This document shows, one piece after another, positions 28,255 to 41,071 of a DNA stretch of 64,000 nt. The translations under genes and the position numbers were made by a program. The notes under the pieces were generated by a model. It saw only the letters and a program-made list of their open reading frames with translations. It was not told the origin of the DNA and did no database searches. Origin of the DNA: Octopus vulgaris (Eukaryota); NCBI GenBank assembly GCA_951406725.2, contig OX597820.1:97836001-97900000 (forward strand), given 5' to 3'. Positions within the stretch are counted from its first letter, which is position 1; every line of letters starts with the position of its first letter.

Positions 28255-28292
28255 TCTTTCTGTAGAAGAGCGTAGGCTCGAAACGTAAAAGA
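28255..28292 (+). ncRNA. Minimal hammerhead-like motif, core CUGUAGA, in a (TA)n-embedded element (~27975-28390)
   Basis: tcttt CTGTAGA a gagc-gtag-gctc GAAAC GTA aaaga; same family as 5812. Confidence 0.6.
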
Positions 28293-28388
28293 CTTGTTTT
28301 ATTTATATTCCTGAGCGCCATACTAATACAATTGTTTGTTTGTACTCCACCTGCCTTCGTCTTTTGTTTATTTTCATAAAGCTTCCAG

Positions 28389-28440
<52 letters not shown>

Positions 28441-28445
28441 ATGTT

Positions 28446-28477
<32 letters not shown>

Positions 28478-28478
<1 letters not shown>

Positions 28479-28670
28479 CGCGTGTGTACCGTTGGCGATT
28501 TTTTTTCCTCCGTGGTCCCTTCTCTGGATCTTTCCTTTTCCTATGTTTCTGACGAAGAGCTCCGCTCAAAACATAAAACCCTCCTTCTTCCCTTCCTTCC
28601 TGAGCGTCCAATAATACTATATTTGTTCCAGGTCCTCGTAATCTTGGTGTTTTCATGTTTGGATTTACTT
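28478..28670 (+). mobile_element. ~190-bp HHR-bearing element (decayed motif at 28545-28579)
   Basis: gttt CTGACGA a gagc-tcc-gctc aaaacat aaaac. Homologous copies at 43625-43825 and 58575-58775. Confidence 0.65.
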
Positions 28671-28714
28671 TATATATATGTATATGTATATATATGCATA
28701 TATGTATACATGTA

Positions 28715-29229
28715 TATAGGGTCGTGTAAGCTGCTATCTCTAGCTGGCGGTTTTCCAGCATCAAGGACGGGAAATTACCCAGAAACCATTGGTATGTTGG
28801 TACTGCTAGTGGCTAGGAGGGAGTAGTACGCTCCCTTGCTAACAGTATATTTCAGATACAGATTGTCTGTCGATAACCAGCTGGAAAAGGTGTTTTCTTG
28901 GGGTTAAAAGGTACTATTATGATCCTACTTAGGACTGACACCTTACGTTGGCAAATAGATTTACTATGCAGGATACTTACTACTTAGATCTCATGCAGAG
29001 ATTTAAAACTAGCTTTTTTACTCCTAACGATATCAGTGACAGTCACTTCTATATTTATATACTAGGATTGAATAAGCTGCTATCTCTAGCCGGCCGTTGT
29101 CTAGCAAAGAGGACGAGAAATTATCCAGAAGCCATCGGCCAGTTGGTACTGCTAGTGGCTAGGAGGGAGTAGTGCACTCCCTTGCTAACAGTATATTTCA
29201 GATACAGATTGTCTGTCGATAACCAGCTG
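28715..29229 (+). mobile_element. Element with ~157-bp direct repeats (period 346) containing decayed HHR-like folds, in TA-rich microsatellite
   Basis: 28727-28883 is repeated at 29073-29229. ccagca [tcaagga] c ggg-aaatta-ccc a GAAAC cattg GTA tgttgg at 28755-28800. Confidence 0.6.
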
Positions 29230-29593
29230 TGTTTGTGTGTATGTATATATGTATATACATATTTTTATGTATATCTATGAATATACTTACATATGTATAT
29301 GTGTGTGTGTACATGTATGTGTATGTGTGTGTGTGTTTTTGTGTTTTTGTGTGTGCATGTAAGCAATTATAGTGTGGCAGACATGATAAGTATTCGAAAA
29401 TGAATAAAAACAGTTAACCTCACTTAATGATATATATCGTGTATTATTTGGTGGTAAAGTTTTCTTCATACTGACTGCGACCTGGCTCCTGACCCTCTTC
29501 CACTGCAAATCCCTTGCCAGGCAAGTGCAACCCAGAAAAATACGTACATGAACACAAACACATCCGCCTACGCATACATACATAGGTACAAAA

Positions 29594-29661
<68 letters not shown>

Positions 29662-29702
29662 ATATATGTATATAAATATGTATGTGTATATATATATAAA
29701 TA

Positions 29703-29749
<47 letters not shown>

Positions 29750-30459
29750 ACACATATTTTCGCGTGAGGGTTAGGATACAGATTAGTTGTAAGCATGCTA
29801 TTGCCGTTCGTTATATTTTTGGTTTGGCGGTTAATTATGTCTATAGGAATTGTCAACATTGGGGTGCATATTTTCAAAATACATGTTTCTGCTCATGGTA
29901 GTGGGAAGAAGATCTCGGTCTCTCACTTTGACCCTCGTGGAAACGTTCCCAAAATTACGAGTTCTTAAAATGGTAATAATATTTTGCCTATCAGATTCCT
30001 TCAACAACCAACTAAGAATCAGTCACTGTACTGACTGTAACCTTACTAACTCCTGTATCATCAACATTAGTTAGGTCACTACTGACATCAATATAAACTC
30101 CGTTGCCAAAACATCTTCCTCCACTACTATCCTCTCCACTATTCGTCCTACCATTACTGTAATAATAATAATAATAATAATCCTTTCTACTATAGGCAGA
30201 AAGCCTGAAATTTAATGGAAGGGGACTAGTGTTGTTTGCCAAATATATATATATTTGTTCTTCACTCGTTTATTGCTGTTCTTATTTTAGCTCATGTCCA
30301 TCGTCCAGAAATCTTTCGTCACACATTTGTGACCTCTCCAAATGACACTTTCCGTCCTCGTGTATGCAACTGATCTGCTTAATCCATTCTCTGTGTCTTT
30401 ATTTGGCAAAAAAAAAAACACGAAAAAAAATGACCATCCCAAAATTTAATGATATCTGT

Positions 30460-30948
30460 TTCAGCACACGGTTTCACATCAGGAATCTTGCAACAGAAAT
30501 TCATAAACGTAAAACCAGTAAATAATTTTGTTCAAAAGAAAAGATACCAAGATGTGGTTTTGTGATGAAGGAATTTTTGATTCATTTCCTCACGTCTTAT
30601 TTTGGTTGAATTTGAATTCGGTTGTTGACGATTTACTTCGAGCCAAGGGAAGCAGACTTGAAAATATAAGATGTGGTGATCTACTGAAGCTAACAGAACT
30701 ATCTACTCGAATCAACGAAATCTGCTGTAGTTGCCAGGCACAAGCTTCATTATTGACTAAGAAAAGAAAGTGATTGACTTTCTTTTCCTAGTCAATAATG
30801 TACTTTGTTACCGGTAGATTCTTTTGTATTAAATAATTGTGATGAAATATTAAAAATAAAGTTGATTTTTCTCAACTACTAGTGGGGCATACATTTAATT
30901 CTGGAAAGTTATAGTGGGGGCTGGCGGGAAATAGGTTGGGAAACACTG
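30460..30948 (+). mobile_element. hAT (Charlie/Buster-type) DNA transposon 3' remnant
   Basis: VDDLLRAKGSRLENIRCGDLLKLTELSTRINEICCSCQAQAS resembles the Buster/Charlie C-terminus (LLxKxRxRL...GDLRLxLT...QAQxSH). It ends in TIR-like ggttgggaaacactg. Confidence 0.7.
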
Positions 30949-31282
30949 TTCTTTGTTTTTATGTTTATTTTTATTTTATTAAAATTAAAACACGGAAATG
31001 CCTCTTCTATGATGTAATTACCTCAGTTTCAGCACATGGTCTCAAATACAGCCACGATACCGACAAATGCAACTCTGAAACTAATAAATGCGAAACGGAT
31101 ACAAAATAGATGCGAAACATCGTAACAGAAATGAGTGTTGATTATATTTTCTATAGAATATCTGTAGAGATAACCTTTACAAGTAATAAATAGTTGTATG
31201 AGATGAGAAATTATGTACATTATTTACAATATTTACATTATTTACAATTGACGGATATTTGTCCTCATCTTATTTGTTGTTA

Positions 31283-31326
31283 ACACAACGTTTCGGTTGA
31301 TATAGCCTCCAGCCTTCATCAGGTGT
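31283..31326 (-). ncRNA. Minimal hammerhead ribozyme motif
   Basis: acac CTGATGA a ggctg...caacc GAAAC GTT gtgt. Confidence 0.75.
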
Positions 31327-31460
31327 CTTGGGGGAAATTTCGAACCTGGGTTCTTATTCCTAAGGTATTTTTCGATTTGTTATTACTATTATTATTATTA
31401 TTATTATTATTATTGTTGTTGTTGTTGATGTTGTTGTTGCTATTGTTATTGTTATTGTTA

Positions 31461-31534
<74 letters not shown>

Positions 31535-31636
31535 GTCATAATTCGGGTCACTGCCTGGAATCAAGCTCGGAATCTTGGGGTTAGTAGCCCGCACTCTTAA
31601 CCACTACGCCATATACCATATGCCCATTTCCCCAAG

Positions 31637-31680
31637 ACACCCGATGAAGGCTAGAGAGTGTATCAGCCGAAACGTTGTGT
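31637..31680 (+). ncRNA. Minimal hammerhead motif (U4C copy)
   Basis: acac CCGATGA a ggct...agcc GAAAC GTT gtgt. Confidence 0.7.
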
Positions 31681-32489
31681 TAACAACAAAGATGAGGACA
31701 AATATCCGTCAAATGTAAAACAATGTAAATAATGTAAGTGATAAATATCTATTTGTAAAAAGAATCAAAAGCAAAAAGAAATAATAGAATTCATTTTGTT
31801 TTCTCCTTTCTTCTCCGGACAACAAATTCTGTGGTGATAGTCTTCATTCATCGCGCGGTTTATCTTTCGATCTGGCCAATGAATCAGTTTAATGAAGGCG
31901 AATCTTGTGTAAACACGGAAGTCAGGTCTCCAGTTTGGGGTTGCTTTCCTCCCGTTTTTTTTTCCAGTCATACAACCCATGGATTTGAGCCATTATTGCT
32001 GGTCTTCATTCTCTAACTAACCCAAAATACCAGTATTCACTGTGATAGACAGTGTCCATCCCTGAAATATTTGGATTTGTGCTAATGCCAAATATAAGCT
32101 ACAAACCCAAAATAACAAAACAAAACAAAATCGATTATCCTTTTCCCCCTTCTCAACCACCCAGGACAGTGGCAGCTACAGTAGTAGTAGTAGTAGTAGT
32201 ATTAGTAGCTTAAAAACAAAATACAGAACACGAAGTTAATGCCAATGGAGAACTTGATAATAAGGTTGTTGTTTTTGCTGTTGTTGTTGTTGTTGTTGTT
32301 GTTGTTGATGATGATGATGATGATGATGATGACGACGACGACGATGACGGTGATGATAAAGGTGAATTTTGATGATAAAGTGTTGTTTCGAAAGGTGTGA
32401 ACTTCATAAATACTTTGTCGCGTGACAGATAGGGAAAGAAACATCAACTGACCTATTTGTGACAAACGTATTCACATACACATGCACAT

Positions 32490-32536
<47 letters not shown>

Positions 32537-32640
32537 TGCACATGTACATATACACACATATATACACATACAAGCACTAGTACACACGTATATGTACTTA
32601 GCCTTACATGCATAAGACCCATCACATATACGCACATACA

Positions 32641-34094
32641 CACACATATTAGAAGTAAATAGACACCCCATAAAATATCGTTTTCTGTTTATTCTAGCTT
32701 GTAAAGGTTTATATTTCTTATTAATTAACTTTTTTTAATGTTTCAGATTCTGTATGTGACTGTTTAATCATGCCATGTACGAAAGAAGCCTTGGAACTGT
32801 CTGAATTTCAAAGAGGCCGCAGGTGGATATAGTCAGCGTAAAATCGCAGAAAACCTTGGGATCCTGCTTTCTACAGTTGATAGAGTGATTGTGCAATTCA
32901 CCAGAGAGGGGAAGGAGTCCACATCACCTTGTCCAGATGAACCAGGGACCTCTGACAGGACCCTTCTCTGCTGAGAGAAGTGTGGAGGATAATCCTCGTT
33001 GCAAGACCTCTGACATAGCAGAGCCAGTTGATGTCAGTCCCAGAACAGCTGTCAGGTATCTCCAGAAACTTGGTTAGTATGGCAGAGCAGGAAGAAGGAA
33101 TCCACATCTTTGACCAGCCAATATGAAGCGGAGGAAAGATTGGACCAGTGAGATGGTGGAGAGGCCATTAGCATTTTGGGTCACTATCATATTCTCTGAT
33201 GAGTTCAGATTTACTGGATTTCCTTACAGTGGTCGAGTGTGGGTCTAGAGACTCTGTGATCAAGAATTTGATGTGAAAAGATTGCAGCAAGCAGCTATTC
33301 TGTGATGATCAGGGGAACAATTTGGAGCAATGGTTGATCAGAGCTGGAGGAGTGTGAGGGAAAGATAAACTCAAATAAATATGTGTCCATATTGCAGAAA
33401 GGAATCCTTCCAAACTTCTCCAGTGGTGAAATGATTAAAGAAGACTCTCTATTTATAGAAGATGGGATTCCTTGTCACATGGTTAAGAATAACCCAAGAT
33501 TTCTTGGAAAAGAATGGCATTAGAAAGCTTCCATAGCCTAGCCAGTCACCAGATATGAACCCTATAGAACACCTCTGGTGCATAATGACCAGGACATTTC
33601 ATATACAGAACAAGAAAGCATCTTCAAAGCCACATCTTTTGAGATTATTGCATGGAACTTAGCAATAAATTCCACAAGACAATATTCACCATCTGATCAG
33701 TAACATTCCTAATACGGCCCTTGCATTCAAAAATGCAAAGAGCATGTCTACCAAATATTAAATGTTCACATTATAGCAACTAACAAATAATTTGAATGTA
33801 TAATTTCAGATTTAAATAAATTTTAATGATTATAAGGGTGTCTAAGGCGGCGAGCTGGCAGAAACGTTAGCACGCCGGGCGAAATGCTTAGCTGTATTTC
33901 GTCTGTCTTTATGTTCTGAGTTCAAATGCCGCCGAGGTTGACTTTGCCTTTCAACCCTTCGGGGTCGATAAATTAAGTACCAGTTGCGTACTGGGGTCGA
34001 TCTAATCAACTGGACCCCTCTCCCAAAATTTCAAGCCTTGTGCCTAGAGTAGAAAAGATTATAAGGGTGTCTATCTACTTCTTTCATATCTGTG
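32641..34094 (+). mobile_element. Decayed Tc1-like DNA transposon (transposase pseudogene ~32770-33761)
   Basis: [10 protein letters not shown]-terminus, IFSDEFRF, LFIEDGIPCH and PSQSPDMNPIEHLW motifs with stops and frameshifts. TIRs agaagtaaatagacaccc / gggtgtctatctacttct. Confidence 0.85.
33846..34056 (+). mobile_element. SINE family A inserted into the right TIR of the Tc1 element
   Basis: Direct repeat gattataagggtgtcta at 33828-33844 and 34057-34073. Confidence 0.9.
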
Positions 34095-34339
34095 TACATG
34101 CAAATATCTTTCATATCTGTGTACATACGCTTACACGTATGCACCAAATTTCTCTCTCAGGCACACTCTCATACATGTACCATCACACATAATTATTTCC
34201 AAGAAGCACAGTGACCAGTATATTCTAGAAATTAGAAAAACTTAACAGTAAGCTTCTAGAATATGAAAAAAACTCACATGGTGAAACCGTTGTGATTATA
34301 TATATATAATATATAAGAGGAAAGGCAAAGTTGACTATA

Positions 34340-35290
34340 GGGAATTTGAAGTGTATATTAAAAATATACACTTCAAATTCCGCTGTGGTCAACTTTGCCT
34401 TTCCTCTTCTAGGGGTCGGTAAAATGAGTACCATTTGAGCACTGGGGACCGATGTAATCGACTTACCCAAACATCCCCCCCCAGCTCACTTCTAAACTGA
34501 TGGTTTTGTGCCAAAATTTAAAACCAATATATATCCGCATGAAGGTGGCAAGCTGGAATTATTTCTTTTTAGAACATCAGAAAAAATAAACGAAAAATGC
34601 TCTGTGGCATTCATCTAGGCTTTTTATATTCTGAGACCAAATGCCGCCGTACTCAACTTTTTCTTTTGTCCCGATCGATAAAAAAGTACAAGTCGGATAT
34701 TGATATCTATGGTGCTGACTAAATCACCCACATGAAAATTGCTGGCCTTGTGACTAAACCAGAAATCATTTATATACACGCACGAAGCTGGCAGAATCAT
34801 AAGGGCGTCGGACAAAATATTTACCGGCATTTCTCCCGGCTGTATATTTTTTAGTTCAATTGACGCCGTGGGTGACTTTGCCTTCCACCCTTTCAGAGTC
34901 GATAAAATAAAGTACTGGGTTCAGTGTAATCGAAAGGAATTGTTATATGCACACATGAAGGTAATGAGCTGGCACCAAAGTTAGCACGCGGGACAAAATG
35001 CTTAGCAGCACTTCGCTCTGAGTTCAAATGCTGCCGAAGTCGACTTTGCATTTCATGTTTTCAGGGTCGATAAAATAAATGCCAGTCATTTACTGGAGAA
35101 ATCGATGTAATCGAGTGTTTCCTTCCCTCAAAAACTGCTGACCCTGAGCTAAAATTTGAAACCGTTATATACCTGCAATGTAAGGCAGCGATCTGGCAGA
35201 ATCGTTAGTGCCTTGGTATGTCTTCAGGTTCTTTATGTTTTGAGATCAAATTTGCATTTCATCCCTGACTTATCGATAAAATAAAGTACT
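34340..35290 (+). repeat. Old tandem array of diverged SINE family A units
   Basis: About five units of roughly 170-240 bp, each with tcaaat..gccg..actttgc..gtcgataaaataa.gtac. Confidence 0.7.
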
Positions 35291-35299
35291 ACTATCGTG

Positions 35300-35600
35300 A
35301 AGGTGCGTGGCTCAGTGGCTAGAGCGTCGTGAGGCTATGAGTTCGATTCTTGGACCGGGTTGTATGTTGTGTTCTTGAGCAAGACACTTTATTTCATTTT
35401 GCTCCAGTTCACTCAGCTGTGGAAAGAGTTGCAACGTCACTGGTGCCAAGATGTATCGGCCTTTGCCTGGAAAGGAGAGACTGGAGTACATGGATAATTG
35501 CTGGTCTTCTATAAAGCAACCATGTCCCAACTTGTACCTTAGATGGGAACTTTCTAGGTGTGATCCCATGGTCGTTCATGACCGAAGGTGATTTTACACT
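35300..35600 (+). mobile_element. tRNA-derived CORE-type SINE (family D)
   Basis: A box tggctcagtgg and B box gagttcgattc, then CORE-like ttgagcaagacactttatttca..tgctccagttcactcagctgt. Confidence 0.7.
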
Positions 35601-35724
35601 TTTCCCAAGTAATAATCAAATACTGGGATCGCTGGCAGTGACAAACTTTCCTCTAAAGATTGCTGATCTTATGCTAAAATCATAGATATTATACCCGCAC
35701 GAATTCCTACTTATCTATACAACT

Positions 35725-36085
35725 GGCATTCCGTCGGTTACGACGACGAGAGTTCCAGTTGATCTGGTCAACGGAACAGCCCGCTCGTGCAATTAACGTG
35801 CTAGTGGTTGAGCACTCCACAGACACGCGTACCTCTAACGTAGTTCGCGGAGAGATCCAGTGTGACACTGATTGGGACAATGCTAGACCTTTGAATTAAC
35901 GAGCTAGTGGCTGAGTACTCCATAGGCACGCGTATCCTTAACGTAGTTCTCGGAGAGATTCAGTGTGACACTGATTGGAAAAAGGCCGGACCTTCGAAGT
36001 ACAAATACAACTCATTTTTGCCATCTGAGTAGACTAGAACAGCGTAAAATGTCCAAGACACAACGCTTCGCCAGGAATCGAACTC
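35725..36085 (-). mobile_element. SINE fragment with type-1 tail and internal duplication
   Basis: ccgtcggttacgacga..gttcc.gttgatc..aacggaacagcc.gctcgtg matches 51340-51500. A ~100-bp segment is duplicated. Confidence 0.65.
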
Positions 36086-36634
36086 CACGAAGGCGCGTGG
36101 CTTAGTGATTTGAGTAATCGACTCACGATTATATATCTATATAACAGCAATGATAACACCAATGTGTACGGCTATGATAATGTAAGCTTGAGTCTTTACT
36201 TATATATGTATATATCTGTGGAGGTAGCTTTGAATAAAAACACATCCAGATCATAAAGGTGCAGTTTATTGCAGATTTACAATGTCATGTAAATGGTATG
36301 TTTGTTTTGATCGCTAATGTCATTGTAATTTTTTTTTTAATTCTTACTTGCTTTTTACTTTTTTTTTTTTTAGATTGTTATTATTATTTTTTGTTCCTAT
36401 TTGTCAAATTCCTCTGAACTTTACGTGGAAAGGCCTGGGAAAATGTTTAAAGTCATTAAAGTTTGTAACATACTCATATGCACACACACACACACACATG
36501 CTCACACACACACACACGCACATACATACATATACACCCATAAATGCACAAATACACACGCACACACACACACACGTAACGCGTACGCACTTACATAATA
36601 TGATGGACTCACGCGAATACACGCAAGGATTTCA

Positions 36635-36905
<271 letters not shown>

Positions 36906-36927
36906 ACATACATACATATATACATAC

Positions 36928-36986
<59 letters not shown>

Positions 36987-37409
36987 AAGAGACAGAGATA
37001 GAAGAGCTGACGGAGAAGGCAGATACATTAGAGCGTCAGACTGAATACCTTGCGGTATTAAGTTCCTCTGTGCCTTAAGCTAAAATCCCGCCGAGGTTAA
37101 CGTAGGCCGTCATCCTTCTCGATTCGATAAAGTACCAATCTAGTACTAAAGTCAGTTCTTAATCTCTTACAATGTTTCTCTGTTTTCTTTTTTGCCTCTC
37201 TGTCTGTTTCTGTTTCTGTTTCTCTTTCTCCCTCTTCCTTTCTTTGTTATTCCCTCTTACTTTCTGGACGAAATTTTGGGACGTGGAAAGAGTTGGGCAC
37301 CAGCAAGTTTAAAATGCACAAAGACAAGTTGTATATCATGATTTCGTTATTAGAAGTCTATCTGGAGTCGAAATCCCAATGAAGGATATATTCATACATA
37401 CCTAATGGA

Positions 37410-38075
37410 TGTTCACTCGTGACCGAGGAAGACCATGATAGACCATTGCCCACGCAGAATGTTCTCAGTTCTCGTGCATGAAGTTATTGCACCTGCGGTC
37501 AGCTCACCCGGGTTCGCGGCCTCGGCTTCTACGCTCTTTGCGGCGCCCTCCCACTCGACCAAATATTGGAAAGTCATCTCGCCCGAGATTGCCCAACTTA
37601 AAATTTTCGGTCTAATGAAATCTACACAACAACTCACAGACGCTCTTCACCCCATTGGATTGGTTTAGGGACAAGCCAGGGCAAGATATCCAGTGCTGAT
37701 ATGGGTCGCAGAACCTGGAGTGTGGGAGTGCCTTGATCTCAAGCTCAAGCAAAGGATCCCCAAAACGTTCAATGTCATTCCCTGCATACCTGGTTTTATA
37801 TCAGCGTAATCTTCTTCGAGAGACATGCATTATCAAAAGCTGAAGGTTAGCGCACTCGGAGTGATCTTGCAGGACGCTGGACACCAATCTATGCTGGGTT
37901 TATCTGTCCTTTTGACGGGTTTTTGTTTATCACGTTGCTGAGTTTCTAGCAACTCTGCTCACCGGGCAAGCGTAGTGAGAGCGTCAGTTTAGTTGCCGAC
38001 GACCTGACTTGGCAGCAGATTGTACTGGATTCCATATTATCATTAGAACTCATGAAGGACCTCACAAGTGACCTG
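37410..38075 (-). mobile_element. Probable highly decayed RTE-type LINE 3' part
   Basis: GC-richer island. Minus-strand fragments RRLR, WEGAA and an end atggtcttcctcggtcacgagtgaac are reminiscent of RTE 3' termini. No continuous ORF. Confidence 0.35.
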
Positions 38076-38189
38076 ACATCCATATTTATGTATATAAATA
38101 CACAATGTATTTGTATATATATATATATATATATATATATGTGCGTGTGTGTATACATGTGTGTTTGTGTATTCATCTATATATATATA

Positions 38190-38247
<58 letters not shown>

Positions 38248-38265
38248 ATCTTGTATGTACAAATA

Positions 38266-39521
38266 CAGCAGATGGACAAAATAATGGAAATACCTAGCAT
38301 CATAGCATCATAATTTTGAAATATCTATAAAAGCGTCAAAAGCTTGTTTATTTCTATGTTTTTTTTTTAAATCATTATTAGTGTTGCTTAATATGTTATG
38401 CTGAAATTGCTGTTTCTTTTCAGATATCACCAGAAAAAGGTAATTAAAATTAATTAAATGACAGATCTAATGGACTTTCAAAGAGGTCAAATAGTTGGTG
38501 CTTTATGGCAGGCGCTAGCGTAACGAAAACGGCAGAAATGTTTGGTGTATCAAGAAGTACTGCCTCGAAAGTAATGACAGCCTTTGAGAAAGATGGGAAA
38601 ACCTCCTTGTCAAAACAAAACTCCGGAACTAAACCAAAACTTTCAGATAGGGACCGTCGGACTCTTACGCGAAAGGATCACAAAAGTACAGCTCTCCAAA
38701 TTACTGCAGAGCTTAACGACCACCTCAAAAATACAGTTTACACAAAACTGTTCGCCGGGAGCTGCACAAAGCCGGATGTCATAGGAGAGCTGCTATCAGA
38801 AAATCACTATTTACAATAACAAACGTTACAAAGCATTTAGATGGAGTAAAAACCTACAGAATTGGTCCCTAGAGCCGTGGAAGAATGTAATCTTCTCGGA
38901 CGAGTCATCCTTTACCCTATTTCCGACCACCGGCCAAATATACGTGTGGAGACAGCCAAAAGAAACATTTGACCCAAACTGCCATCTTCTAACTGTTAAA
39001 CATGGAGGAAGATCTGAGATGATCTGGGGTGAGGGGCTATATCTTGGAAATCTGCCGGCCCAATGGTTTCGCTTCATGGCGCAATTAATAGTCAAGACTA
39101 TTCAAGCATTTTATCGGAGCAAATTCATCCTACGGTTGCGGAAGTGTTTCTGGAGGGAAAACCAATTTTTCAGTATGTTAATGCACGCCAAACTTGTTAC
39201 TGAATGGCATGAGGAACATTCTAGTGAAGTTGAACATCTTATCTGGCTACTATAGTCCCCAGATCTCAATATTGAACATTTATGGTGCATTTTAGAAAAA
39301 CAAGTAAGAAGTCGATATCCTCTACCATCACCACTACAAGAACTGGAGACAGTTTTTAGCTGAAGAATGGACAAAAATTCATTTGGAAACAATTGAAACT
39401 TTGTACGAGTCCATACCTCATAGAATTCAAGCTGTAATTAGTGCCAAGGGCGGTCCTACCCCATTTTAAAATAAATTTGTTTGAAATTTTAAGGTGTTTC
39501 CATTATTTTGCCCAACCCCTG
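38266..39521 (+). mobile_element. Decayed full-length Tc1-like DNA transposon (pseudogene 38458-39469)
   Basis: TA-flanked TIRs cagcagatggacaaaataatggaaatacc / ggtgtttccattattttgcccaacccctg. Motifs MTDLMDFQRGQIVGA, VIFSDESSF, TVKHGG, SPDLNIEHLW and AKGGPTPF*. Confidence 0.9.
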
Positions 39522-39811
39522 TAGACGTACAACCGCTTCTGTTGCATTTAGAGCTTTACGTAGATTATCATATCTTAGTTTGGTTCCAGTATAGCGGTTT
39601 AACGACTCCTATATTAAGCAGTATTACTAGTAATGAAATACAGAGCAAAATATTATTAGTTCCTGCGTATGTTTCACCATTATGGTTGCTTGGAACCTGA
39701 CAATATTCCAAGTTCATAGGAGGCTTAATCAGAACAAATAATTAAGGAACGTTTTATTGCATTGAGATTCAAAGAACTAATGTCGAGATTCGGATAAATG
39801 GCGAAGCATAC

Positions 39812-40230
39812 TCTTTTTCTCTTTTACTCTTTTACTTGTTTCAGTCATTTGACTGCGGCCATGCTGGAGCACCGCCTTTAGTCGAGAAAATCGACCCCGG
39901 GACTTATTCTTTGTAAGCCCAGTACTTATTCTATCGGTCTCTTTTGCCGGACTGCTAAGTGACGGGGACGTAAACACACCAGCATCGGTTATCAAGCAAT
40001 GCTAGGGGGACAAACACAGACACACAAACAAACACACACATACATATATACATATATATACATATATACGACAGGCTTCTTTCAGTTTCCGTCTACCAAA
40101 TCCACTCACAAGGCATTGGTCGGCCCGGGGCTATAGCAGAAGACACTTGCCCAAGGTGCCACGCAGTGGACTGAACCCGGAACGATGTGGTTGGTTAGCA
40201 AGCTACTTACCACACAGCCACTCCTGCGCC
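39812..40230 (-). mobile_element. SINE family B, full length
   Basis: Reverse complement of 18238-18645. Confidence 0.9.
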
Positions 40231-40645
40231 TATGTTAATGACTTACATGTTAATGACTTACATTTAATAGTCTCTTCTTTAATCATCTTTCTCACTCTCT
40301 GCATTCCAGTCTTTCTTTCGTCTTCTTTCTCAATCTCCTGTGTGTATTTATTTACTTTTTTTTTATTTATTCATTGACGATTTGTTTTAGCTGTCTCTAT
40401 AGTTCTTGTAGTTTTTCTCACTACACTGTTTAAGATTCGTGGTTCTGGTAACAAGCTGCAAGTCCTCAGGCTACTCTCCTCCTTTCACATCTGGAGTTAT
40501 AACTGGCAATGGCAAAGTTGAATGTCTCAAAGCATATGTCAAATTTGACTCAATGTATTTGCTCTCTGAGCGTGATCTATCATTAACTAAAAACCAATGA
40601 TCACTAACACAAACGCACAAGTGTGTGTGTGCTTATATATATAAA

Positions 40646-40870
40646 GGCGGCGAGCTGGCAGACACGTTAGCACGCCGGGCGAAATGCGTAGCCGTATTTC
40701 GTCTGCCGTTACATTCTGAGTTCAAATTCCGCCGAGGTCGACTTTGCCTTTCATCCTTTCGGGGTAGATAAGTACCAGTTACGCACTGGGGTCGATATAA
40801 TCGACTTAATCCCTTTGTCTGTCCTTGTTTGTTCCCTCTGTGTTTAGCCACTTGTGGGTAGTAAAGAAAT
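40646..40870 (+). mobile_element. SINE family A
   Basis: Family A sequence. Confidence 0.9.
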
Positions 40871-40897
40871 ATATATATATTTTTTGTCCATTTTTGG

Positions 40898-41056
40898 AAT
40901 TTTTGTCCATTCTTCAGCTAAAACAGTCTCTAGTTCTTGTAGTTATGATGGTAGAGGATATCGACTTCTTACTTGTTTTTCTAAAATGCACCATAAATGT
41001 TCAATATTGAGATCTGGGGAATGTGGTAGCCAGATAAGATGTTCAACTTCACTAGA
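40898..41056 (-). mobile_element. Inverted fragment of the neighbouring Tc1 element
   Basis: Reverse complement of 39220-39380. Confidence 0.85.
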
Positions 41057-41071
41057 GATGCAGCACGGATT

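Larger units (their letters stand above)
31200..31737 (-). mobile_element. tRNA-headed SINE-like element carrying a hammerhead ribozyme, with an inverted partial copy upstream
   Basis: Minus strand: tRNA-like head at 31625-31544 (A box tggcgtagtgg, B-like gagcttgattcc), then (AAT)n, HHR at 31326-31283 and an (aatgtaaat)-type tail. Segment 31626-31737 is an inverted copy of the HHR and tail. Confidence 0.8.

Noticed and set aside
34340-35290. Repeat-spacer periodicity suggestive of a CRISPR array
   Set aside because: The units are long, diverged SINE copies in eukaryotic DNA, with no identical short repeats and no cas genes.
37413-37637. ORF with PKILSWAISGEMTFQYLVEWEG..VEAEAAN, superficially like a chromo or chromo-shadow domain
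   Set aside because: Spacing and C-terminal helix do not match well and no clear splice context was seen. The region is better explained as a decayed RTE. An HMMER search would settle it.
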